From the IMG/VR virus record IMGVR_UViG_3300009181_001959, positions 1 through 54,525 of that record: a stretch of 54,525 nucleotides of DNA; one strand, written 5' to 3'. Below the pieces are notes generated by a model that saw only the letters and a program-made list of their open reading frames with translations, had not been told where the DNA came from and made no database searches. Every line of letters starts with the position of its first letter. The first letter of the stretch is position 1. This DNA comes from a virus. Its lineage: Duplodnaviria; Caudoviricetes. The position numbers and the translations under genes were made by a program. Shown here one piece after another: positions 28,985-35,921 of the stretch.

Positions 28985-29112
28985 TTCCTATTCAGGACCC
29001 ACTGTCTGATCACAGCCTCCAATGGTTGCCAGACATACTCGGGACCTTTGGGCCGCACTCGTTCCTTCTGTTTGGTATCGAACTCTTGATTCTTTTGTTT
29101 ATTTGTTTTCAT
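28981..29112 (-). CDS. Small basic protein
   Basis: Start MKTNKQ at 29112 overlapping the upstream stop region. Confidence 0.55.
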   Translation of the reverse strand: MKTNKQKNQEFDTKQKERVRPKGPEYVWQPLEAVIRQWVLNRK

Positions 29113-29686
29113 CTTCTTCTTCCGCCTCTTCGGCTTCATATTCGGCCATCGTTTCCGATATGCCAAACATCTCATCAAGTTCAGAAGGAATTTCTTCTGC
29201 TACTTGTTCAGATGTCATGTTACCGAGTTCGTAATAGGCATCATGCCCATCTTCGTATATGCCAGCAAAGGCCATACCTGGCTCGTAGTAATAAAGGCGC
29301 ACTGAGAAACCCAATGCTTCAAACTTGTCCATGGCCGTAGTAGGCGGAGCCCACGCACTGTCAAAACTCATCGTGATCTTGTTGGGTGTCTCCTGATGGG
29401 GTTCGTTATAGTCATCACCACCCACATCCCACTTGGTACCCCACTCGTTCACACAATAGTCATACCAGTTGCCATAGCCGTGGATTTCAATGTTACGGGC
29501 AGTGTCCTCTTCCAACTTCCTCTGCTCGTCACCGTCACCAACCCTGCCTGCCACAATATGCAGGCTCTCTGGCACTGGAGCAAACTCATTCAACAGTTTA
29601 CCATCTGCAAAGGCTTTCCTAGCCCGCTCAATCATTGCTGGGTCTTCGTGATGAAGTTCCAATGTGTTATTGCACCAATTAGGCAT
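29099..29686 (-). CDS. DUF1281/YubB(Api92)-like ferredoxin-fold protein
   Basis: MPNWCNN, NWYDYCVNEWGTKWD, FDSAWAPP, YYEPGMAFAG. Confidence 0.75.
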   Translation of the reverse strand: MPNWCNNTLELHHEDPAMIERARKAFADGKLLNEFAPVPESLHIVAGRVGDGDEQRKLEEDTARNIEIHGYGNWYDYCVNEWGTKWDVGGDDYNEPHQETPNKITMSFDSAWAPPTTAMDKFEALGFSVRLYYYEPGMAFAGIYEDGHDAYYELGNMTSEQVAEEIPSELDEMFGISETMAEYEAEEAEEEDENK

Positions 29687-29695
29687 AAGGGCTCC

Positions 29696-29959
29696 TTAGT
29701 TGAATTCGTAAAAGGTTACTGAAGAATCAATGCTCTGCAACTCCTGTGCCGCACGGGTCAGCATCTTGTAGCGAGCTTGAACTTGACTGCGTGGCAGCTC
29801 ACCATCGCATGTGAGGTTCTCTGGGCTAAGGTCACTGTCAATGCTGTCTGCAATCTTTTGACGATCCGTTGCACTCAACAGGCTCAGTGGCTTATTCCCA
29901 AACAGTTTGCCCCAACTGTTCTTTTTTTCTACATACTGCTCTATTGTGCTTATGTTCAT
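29696..29959 (-). CDS. Early hypothetical protein
   Basis: LSPENLTCDGE; cassette promoter. Confidence 0.85.
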   Translation of the reverse strand: MNISTIEQYVEKKNSWGKLFGNKPLSLLSATDRQKIADSIDSDLSPENLTCDGELPRSQVQARYKMLTRAAQELQSIDSSVTFYEFN

Positions 29960-30020
29960 CTCTGCTCCTTTTGTTTAACTTAACCTATAGTATAGCGTCA
30001 CTCAACCAAAATGTCAACCG

Positions 30021-30245
30021 TTATGCGTAGAAGTCTGTTGTAAATTTGCAACGGTCATAGATCACTTCGCGCACTGCGGTGTCGTTGATCTCACCATATT
30101 GATCTCGCTTTTGATCACCGATGAATCGCATAATGCTCATGGTCTGTTTCCAGTTGAGGCCTGCGGCTTGGGCCAGTGCCACTACCTTCTCGGCTACCAC
30201 TTCACCTTGGTCGGTGAACATGCCAAAGTCGTTTACATCGTTCAT
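30021..30245 (-). CDS. Early hypothetical protein
   Basis: FGMFT..G; DTAVRE; ATGA-coupled. Confidence 0.8.
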   Translation of the reverse strand: MNDVNDFGMFTDQGEVVAEKVVALAQAAGLNWKQTMSIMRFIGDQKRDQYGEINDTAVREVIYDRCKFTTDFYA

Positions 30246-30505
30246 GCTTGCTCCTTAAAGTAAATTGCCTTAGTGCGACCACCTTCTTCAACGTATGCAA
30301 TATTGTCTTGCCATTTTACGTTGGGGTGTGCAAGGATCTTCTTAGCAATGATCCTAACACTGCGCTCGTTGACAGCATCCGTTACATCATAGCCTGGACC
30401 GTGATTCGTAGCCCCGTCAGCAGTGTATGAATACTTACCTAAGCACCCGCACATACAACCGCGCTTGCCACTGTAAGTCTTTACAATTTTAGTGATGTCT
30501 AACAT
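30242..30505 (-). CDS. Early hypothetical protein with CxCGC motif
   Basis: YSGKRGCMCGCLGKY; cassette promoter. Confidence 0.85.
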   Translation of the reverse strand: MLDITKIVKTYSGKRGCMCGCLGKYSYTADGATNHGPGYDVTDAVNERSVRIIAKKILAHPNVKWQDNIAYVEEGGRTKAIYFKEQA

Positions 30506-30559
30506 GTCTGCTCCTTTTGTTTAACTTAGCCTATAGTATAGCACCACTCAACCAAACTG

Positions 30560-30757
30560 TCAACCTTCAATCCAACAATCCCTGGCTGACTGTGTGGTTA
30601 TTTCTTGCCCGCCTATGTAGTCACCATCAAACCCGTTGATGTTCTCCAGGGTCAGCCGATCCCCATCAATGCGGACAATCTTGCCTGATTGCTCAATGTC
30701 AGACTTGAAGCTGACCCAGTCCCCAACCTGCACTCGCTTGCCTTCTACTGTTGCCAT
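30560..30757 (-). CDS. Early SH3-like small protein
   Basis: VGDWVSFKSDIEQSGKI; TGA inside TTGACA. Confidence 0.85.
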   Translation of the reverse strand: MATVEGKRVQVGDWVSFKSDIEQSGKIVRIDGDRLTLENINGFDGDYIGGQEITTQSARDCWIEG

Positions 30758-30817
30758 CGCTCTCTCCGTTTGTTAACTTAGCCTATAGTATAGCACCAGT
30801 CCTTCGATGTGTCAACC

Positions 30818-30904
30818 AAAAAAAAGCCCGGGGAGCGAATCCGGGCCCCAAAAACCCTACTAGGGTTTTTAGACTTGAGGTCTAGTCTTCTGGGAGCGAA
30901 TCAG
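30818..30904 (-). ncRNA. Structured 3' UTR / candidate sRNA: four hairpins, two with loop AUUCGCUCC, ending in an intrinsic terminator
   Basis: CUG-AUUCGCUCC-CAG (30890-904), AGACU hairpin (30871-88), AAAAACCCUA palindrome (30850-70), GCCCGG-AUUCGCUCC-CCGGGC-U8 (30818-46). Confidence 0.55.
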
Positions 30905-31795
30905 TTAACCACGACGCATACAAGTCATCTCTGCAATGCCAGTCCAGCGGTCAGGGAACCCTGCTTTAAGATCCGCTAGCTTGAGCACCATACGTAGGCT
31001 GAGTTCTCTCAGCTTCTTCTTGTTTTGATCGATGAAGTCCAGGATCTCTTCTTTTGCACCCGGCTCAAACTCATACTTGTCTAGCATGCCGTCTTCAACG
31101 ATCTGTTTAATGCGCAACACCTTCTCACGCTCTGTGTCAATGGTAAGGTCAAGATAGTGACAGCGTGACTCCAATGCCTCAAGGTGATCACGAAGCTTCT
31201 TGCTTCTAACGTTTTCAAATTTGATGTTGGTGATAAAGATAGCACCACCCTTGAACTCAAAGCTGTCAGGCACACCTTCGCGACGCAACATGTGTGAGTC
31301 TGTGTTCCAATGAATCATACGCTTTGACCCGCTGTCCAATGCTGCCTTGAGAATGTTAAGGCTGAGGTCATCCAACAGCACACTGTCACAGTCATCAAAC
31401 ACTAGAATGTTTTTCTTGTCACTGAAGTTGTAGAGCTTGCAATACAGGCCCAACGCACTCATTGCACCCTTGACCACTTCATACTTCTTCAGCTTGTCAT
31501 TGCCAGCGATGTCTGCCATCATGTCATGCTTGCCCAAGACCTTCTCTACACCAAAGCTCTTGCCCACACCCGGGGGGCCGGATACGATCATGGCACGTAC
31601 AGCACCCTTTTTCACAGCACGGGTCATGTCGTCCAGTATGTTGAAACGTTCACGCAAGCGACCCATGATCTGGTCATCACTCTCGTTGAGCACCTTATCA
31701 ACCTTGTCCATCTCTAGACTTTTGACTTCGCCCTTAGAGGCTCTCTTTGCTGTAGTCATCTCTGCCATCATCTCCATAGTTACAACTCTCGCCAT
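30905..31795 (-). CDS. AAA+ / P-loop ATPase
   Basis: Walker A GPPGVGKS, Walker B LVFDDCD, FITN sensor, ALESR Arg finger. Confidence 0.9.
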   Translation of the reverse strand: MARVVTMEMMAEMTTAKRASKGEVKSLEMDKVDKVLNESDDQIMGRLRERFNILDDMTRAVKKGAVRAMIVSGPPGVGKSFGVEKVLGKHDMMADIAGNDKLKKYEVVKGAMSALGLYCKLYNFSDKKNILVFDDCDSVLLDDLSLNILKAALDSGSKRMIHWNTDSHMLRREGVPDSFEFKGGAIFITNIKFENVRSKKLRDHLEALESRCHYLDLTIDTEREKVLRIKQIVEDGMLDKYEFEPGAKEEILDFIDQNKKKLRELSLRMVLKLADLKAGFPDRWTGIAEMTCMRRG

Positions 31796-31848
31796 TTGTC
31801 GCTCCTAACTTGTTTAAAAATTAATTATACAGCCTTTTCGCTGTTTTG

Positions 31849-31992
31849 TCAATAGTTTTCCATCAAGCTTCGAATGTTTTCTTTACCATATTGAGCGGCC
31901 ACTTGGCACTCGGCAAAGTACTTATTCTCAGCTTGAACAGTCACGCTCAGTAGAGTGCCATTGACTTCAACGACTGCTCTCCATGTTTGCAT
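31849..31992 (-). CDS. 47-aa early protein absent from the ORF track
   Basis: MQTWRAVVEVNG...RSLMENY*; TAATG-coupled; TGA inside TTGACA at 31847-52. Confidence 0.75.
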   Translation of the reverse strand: MQTWRAVVEVNGTLLSVTVQAENKYFAECQVAAQYGKENIRSLMENY

Positions 31993-32465
31993 TATGCCGT
32001 TTCCTTAACTGTGGCAAGGGCTTCTGTCAATGGTACCAGCTTTTGATAGAACTGCTCGTCCGTCTTGTGGCAGTTGCCCACGTACCATACACCGTCCCGC
32101 ATGATGTAGTACCACTCGCCCCACGAGCCTTCAACCTCTGCAAAGAAGTCTACGAAGTTGGTATGTGTCTTCCACTCTGTACCCTTCTCGCCACGGTCAC
32201 GTCCGTAGAAGGTGCACATGTTGCCAAATTGTGTTTCGTAGTCCTCTGCGGATATCTCTGTGCCGTGATAGCCAAAGGCATGCTGGATGCCAATCTCGGG
32301 CTTCAAGCTGGACAAGTCGCCCAGTGCCACCAGTTGATTTGCTTTGACGCTGTCATAGTGCTCCTGGAGGATTGCTCCGTTGTGCTCTAGATAGCCGTCC
32401 CAGTGACAATATACGCTCTTGACATTGTCTCCGTGCATTACGCCAATTCTGCTTCGTGTTCCCAT
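31992..32465 (-). CDS. Early hypothetical protein
   Basis: MGTRSRIG...YCHWDGY...YGRDRGE; cassette promoter. Confidence 0.85.
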   Translation of the reverse strand: MGTRSRIGVMHGDNVKSVYCHWDGYLEHNGAILQEHYDSVKANQLVALGDLSSLKPEIGIQHAFGYHGTEISAEDYETQFGNMCTFYGRDRGEKGTEWKTHTNFVDFFAEVEGSWGEWYYIMRDGVWYVGNCHKTDEQFYQKLVPLTEALATVKETA

Positions 32466-32533
32466 ATCGCGCTCCTTTTGTTTAACTTAACCTATAGTAT
32501 ACGTTCACTTCGTGATTTTGTCAACCACTAACT

Positions 32534-32608
32534 TGGCGCCAAGGACGGGGATCGAACCCGCCTAGGTCGGATAGACAATCCGTTGCCCTCCCAGAGGACT
32601 ACCTTGGC
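32534..32608 (-). tRNA. tRNA-Asp (GTC)
   Basis: GCCAAGG/CCTTGGC acceptor, G73-CCA, loop TT-GTC-TA, GGTTCGATC T arm. Confidence 0.85.
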
Positions 32609-32617
32609 ATTATAAAA

Positions 32618-32940
32618 TGGGCTCAGTCACAGACTGATTTAATACTCCCTGCTCAGCGTTTTGACATGCATCCCTTGCGGGCTGACCTTCAAGGTCCATT
32701 TAATGCGTCCTGCTTTGCGTTCTGGAGTAACCCTAACTCAAATGGCCCAACACCATAGAAAAACACACTAACAACATGGGCAATTGGATCTCCCTGTCTA
32801 ACCGAACCAACTTCGGCAGTGTGTTTATCTATGTTGTCGCGGAGGCCGAGTCTCCAAACTCGCTTCGTATCCCTTGGTTACAACCCTTTTTGCATTTCTG
32901 CTGGGTTCTTACATTTGAGGATCGCCTTTATCTTTTAACT
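32618..32940 (-). ncRNA. Candidate structured non-coding RNA(s) co-transcribed upstream of tRNA-Asp
   Basis: Promoter at 32948-32976 with no convincing ORF downstream; many stems, GNRA loops, 16-bp closing helix 32754-69/32818-33. Confidence 0.5.
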
Positions 32941-32956
32941 TGTTCTTATTGTAGCT

Positions 32957-33211
32957 TCACTTCTTGAACTTGTCAAGCACGGATTTAATAACCTTGTTCG
33001 CTTCCTGGGTATTTTCAATCTCCATGCCCTTACGATACTGCTCCACCAACTCCATCTTCATCATCTCCACGATGCTTTCACACTCGGCCCGCTCTCGCTT
33101 GGGCAGGGTTGCAATGAACCGCTCCACGTCGGTCCATTCCTCGATACTCCACATGATGTCGGCCAGCACCCGCTGACGATCATTCAAACCTTCTAGTACA
33201 ATCTCTTCCAT
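32957..33211 (-). CDS. Early hypothetical protein
   Basis: AAGGAG RBS; runs through the next -35 box. Confidence 0.8.
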   Translation of the reverse strand: MEEIVLEGLNDRQRVLADIMWSIEEWTDVERFIATLPKRERAECESIVEMMKMELVEQYRKGMEIENTQEANKVIKSVLDKFKK

Positions 33212-33221
33212 GCTCTACTCC

Positions 33222-33419
33222 TTATTGTGCAAAGATTTCTTTACTGAGAATCTCGTCTTCAACCACTTGATGGCATGCGTTGAGTGTGAGCATGACAAAG
33301 TGAGTGGCCAGTGCTCGCTCCGCACCCGATAGGCATCCCAACATCTTCTGCAGAGACTCCAAATTAGGTGTTGCCCACATACCACTACGGGGGATTGGGT
33401 TTTTAACTGTATCATACAT
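33222..33419 (-). CDS. Early hypothetical protein
   Basis: MYDTVKNPIPRSG; full cassette leader. Confidence 0.8.
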   Translation of the reverse strand: MYDTVKNPIPRSGMWATPNLESLQKMLGCLSGAERALATHFVMLTLNACHQVVEDEILSKEIFAQ

Positions 33420-33476
33420 AAGTGTCGCTCCTTTTGTTTAACTTAACCTATAGTATAGCACCACTCAACCAAAATG

Positions 33477-33644
33477 TCAAGCACCGTTGTAGGGGCTGAA
33501 CTCTTCCTGTTGTGTTTCTGCAACACCCTGTTCGGTCAGCCAATCATAGACGAACGACACTGGGCAAGCCAGTTGGGTTGCAATCTCCCGGGGGCTCAGC
33601 CCGTCAATGTAGAGCTGTTCGATATCATATGCTAGTTCACTCAT
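33477..33644 (-). CDS. 55-aa helix-turn-helix protein absent from the ORF track
   Basis: MSELAYDIEQLYIDGLSPREIATQLACPVSFVYDWL...; GAGG RBS; TGA inside TTGACA. Confidence 0.75.
   Translation of the reverse strand: MSELAYDIEQLYIDGLSPREIATQLACPVSFVYDWLTEQGVAETQQEEFSPYNGA
33508..33525. promoter_or_regulatory. Palindromic site TGTTG-N8-CAACA
   Basis: tgttg-tgtttctg-caaca, 27 bp upstream of the -35 at 33475-80. Confidence 0.5.
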
Positions 33645-33909
33645 CAAAGGCCTCCTCGCCCATTTCGGTTACTGTTTCGGTTGTAATGCCCAAGTCAATG
33701 ATTCGAGCTGTTTGATCTTCGTTACTGACACCGTGGAAAGCGCCACGGAACGACTGATGCTCTGCTAGGAAGTCGTATACATCGTATCGATCCCAGCTGT
33801 CCGGCACTTCAAGTTCTTGATATAGCTCTGTTCGTACAATAACCTTCTTCATACCCAGCTCCTTTAGTTTATCAACCGCACTCGTTTTCTTACTACGAAA
33901 TCCTGTCAT
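33637..33909 (-). CDS. Early hypothetical protein
   Basis: ATGA-coupled; an internal start at MKKVIV is possible. Confidence 0.7.
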   Translation of the reverse strand: MTGFRSKKTSAVDKLKELGMKKVIVRTELYQELEVPDSWDRYDVYDFLAEHQSFRGAFHGVSNEDQTARIIDLGITTETVTEMGEEAFDE

Positions 33910-34607
33910 GCCGCCTCCGCCACACGGATTACGAACCCGCTATAATCTTTCTTAGCACGACCCTTGGCCTTAAGTCCAAGCATAATGCCTTTAGGATCTA
34001 AGAAGCGCAAGTCATCCAAGTCCGCACTGGGCACACCCGCTGGGATCTTGTCGTAGACTGCAACCACGCTCATGCCTTGCAAGAGTGCTTCTGCAACATC
34101 CGAATCGTTGCCGTCAGCTTTGCTGAAGGTCAAATGGTAGTTTTCGATATGCTTGACTTTGCGTCCCAAGACCTTGGTGTAGTCGTAGAACTGAATGCCT
34201 GCGAACACGTCAAACACATTCTTGCCTTCAGTCATAGTGTACTTCTCCCACGACAAGTCGCTGGTACCATTCAAACGGAACACTGGCTCCAAGCCCAGCT
34301 TGTTGGCAAGTCGTATGCCCTTCTTGATGTCTTGCATCAAATCAAACATGAAGCCTGCACGGTCATTGTAGAAATAATTAGTCTTGCGGATGCGTGCCTT
34401 CTGTATGACATTGGTAGTCTCGCCACGTTTGAACATGCCACCACGCCCTGCGGTGTTAAGGCAAGCGGCCGTGCAACCCTTTGTGGCCTTGGGGCAAGTA
34501 TTGTGCCCGCTAAGGGTGGATGGGGCAAGGTGTAAGATGAATGATAAGTATCCACGCTCTGTACCCTTTTGGATCTTGGGGTTCGCTGTTGAAAGTAATT
34601 TAAACAA
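33906..34607 (-). CDS. Phage Gp88-like protein (Cys triad, radical-SAM-like)
   Basis: CPKATKGCTAACL, RLNGTSDL, QFYDYTK, NYHLTFS, DDLRFLD; TTG start after the cassette leader. Confidence 0.75.
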   Translation of the reverse strand: MFKLLSTANPKIQKGTERGYLSFILHLAPSTLSGHNTCPKATKGCTAACLNTAGRGGMFKRGETTNVIQKARIRKTNYFYNDRAGFMFDLMQDIKKGIRLANKLGLEPVFRLNGTSDLSWEKYTMTEGKNVFDVFAGIQFYDYTKVLGRKVKHIENYHLTFSKADGNDSDVAEALLQGMSVVAVYDKIPAGVPSADLDDLRFLDPKGIMLGLKAKGRAKKDYSGFVIRVAEAA

Positions 34608-34700
34608 GGTTCGCTCCTTTTGTTAACTTAACCATAGTATAGCACCAGTTCACCAAGCTGTCAAGCACTCGTTGAAGAAGCCTGACAGTTTGGAAGGGTA

Positions 34701-34964
34701 TTACATACTCCAGTAGGATTCACAGCTGGGCGAGCAATAGTTGGGAGTATCATATCGTTCCGTGTACTTGCCGCCACCCATCATGTTGGTTCGCTCCACC
34801 ATTGTCTCGTGGATCTCATAGCGGAAGCCTTGGCTTGGACGCCACGTATGCTTGACGGTATGCTCCAGCATACTCTTATTGTCTGTATCGTAGTCCGTCT
34901 TGCTGACAAGGCGCTCGCCTGTCTTAGTACGAGCATCCTTTTTATAAATTTCAACTGTATACAT
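34701..34964 (-). CDS. Early hypothetical protein
   Basis: Ends DTPNYCSPSCESYWSM; cassette promoter. Confidence 0.85.
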   Translation of the reverse strand: MYTVEIYKKDARTKTGERLVSKTDYDTDNKSMLEHTVKHTWRPSQGFRYEIHETMVERTNMMGGGKYTERYDTPNYCSPSCESYWSM

Positions 34965-35017
34965 ATCGCGCTCCTTTAGTGTTTAAGTGTATAGTATAAC
35001 ACCATCCGACCGTTTTG

Positions 35018-35248
35018 TCAATCCCAGCTTTTCTTCCCGCCGTATTGCTCGTTCCAATTGTAGCCTGCCGTATAGGCCACGATCTCATCCACAGTCATGT
35101 TGGCCAGTTCAACACGGCTACCGCTGTCCCCACCCACTCCGCCGTAGTGGGGATTGAATGGCCGGCTGTACCAACTGTCCGCTGAGCCACGATCAAATGG
35201 TGTACCGTGTTTGGTATCGAATCGCTCTCGTATGTCTTCTGCTATCAT
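35018..35248 (-). CDS. Early hypothetical protein
   Basis: HGTPFDRGSADSWY; TGA inside TTGACA. Confidence 0.85.
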   Translation of the reverse strand: MIAEDIRERFDTKHGTPFDRGSADSWYSRPFNPHYGGVGGDSGSRVELANMTVDEIVAYTAGYNWNEQYGGKKSWD

Positions 35249-35257
35249 ATGCGCTCC

Positions 35258-35593
35258 TTAAAGGTATTGGTCATTGAGTTGGGGTCTAACAGTCTTAACG
35301 ATCTCGCGCTCACGAGCATAAGCTTCTGCCCTACCCCTAACTATCTCTATTATACGATGAGTCCATGACATTGTCAATCCGCCAGTCTTCAAGTATACAT
35401 ATAAGGCCCACTTACGATCTTCGTTACGGGCTCTGCTGGTATGCTTGCGCCAACGCTCCTTAACTGCCTTGTCCGCAGTCAACGAGCCCTTGCGTGTCAA
35501 GCCAATGTATGAGTCTCCAGCTTCGCTGACTACTTCATATATGATATATGAGCAGTCCTTGCGTGGGGTTCTACGTGTCTTTGTTTCCATCAT
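35258..35593 (-). CDS. Small GIY-YIG-like nuclease
   Basis: YIIY...SYIGLT, ERWRKH, AYARERE, PQLN; ATG 6 nt after the -10 (leaderless). Confidence 0.75.
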   Translation of the reverse strand: MMETKTRRTPRKDCSYIIYEVVSEAGDSYIGLTRKGSLTADKAVKERWRKHTSRARNEDRKWALYVYLKTGGLTMSWTHRIIEIVRGRAEAYAREREIVKTVRPQLNDQYL

Positions 35594-35646
35594 ATCATAA
35601 TTATAGTGTCACTTGCGGATCTTGTCAACCAAAATCCGCACTCGTT

Positions 35647-35664
35647 TGTTGTTAATTTACAACA
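35647..35664. promoter_or_regulatory. Palindromic site TGTTG-N8-CAACA
   Basis: tgttg-ttaattta-caaca, 18 bp upstream of the -35 at 35623-28. Confidence 0.55.
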
Positions 35665-35792
35665 TCGTCTAGTACAATAGCGAGGTCGTTAAATGCTGTC
35701 TGTATAGCGTCGTGCTCGTCTAAGCCCGCTTGGTCCAACAAGTCTTGTAACTGTAGCATTAAGCTGTCGATTCTGCGCTTGACTTCTGTCAT
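35652..35792 (-). CDS. 46-aa early protein absent from the ORF track; first gene of the array
   Basis: MTEVKRRIDSLMLQLQ...DDVVN*; promoter 35819-47 and AAAGGA RBS. Confidence 0.7.
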   Translation of the reverse strand: MTEVKRRIDSLMLQLQDLLDQAGLDEHDAIQTAFNDLAIVLDDVVN

Positions 35793-35892
35793 GTGTTTCC
35801 TTTAGTGTTTAAGTGTATAGTATAGCATGACTCAACCAAAATGTCAACAGCAAAATAATACCCATGATGCCGTCATGGGTTCATCAAGGGGG

Positions 35893-35921
35893 TTGACAAA
35901 CTGGCTGAGTGACACTATAAT
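35893..35921 (+). promoter_or_regulatory. Consensus sigma70 promoter divergent from the array
   Basis: TTGACA-17-TATAAT; no sizeable ORF downstream. Confidence 0.8.

Larger units (their letters stand above)
24520..35847 (-). repeat. Dispersed family of 20 sigma70 promoter/leader repeats (TTGACA-17-TATACT/TATAAT, ten with the leader AGGTTAAGTTAAACAAAAGGAGCG or a close variant)
   Basis: -35 boxes (tgtcaa on +) start at 24570, 24880, 25786, 26066, 26652, 27160, 27629, 27919, 28738, 30012, 30558, 30810, 31847, 32519, 32971, 33475, 34659, 35016, 35623, 35842; all have 17-nt spacers; 32971 pairs with TACAAT. Confidence 0.95.

Noticed and set aside
24448-34626. Many plus-strand ORFs in the track (e.g. 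26699..27175, 26989..27555, 34077..34535)
   Set aside because: They are antisense shadows of minus-strand genes that have promoters and RBSs
24520-35847. Repeats read as a CRISPR array
   Set aside because: Intervals are 200-1300 bp and contain genes, the repeats are promoter/RBS blocks, and no cas gene is in the window
24520-35847. Integron attC cassette array
   Set aside because: GTTGACA does not fit GTTRRRY, there are no attC-like long inverted repeats, no tyrosine integrase is visible, and cassettes carry their own promoters
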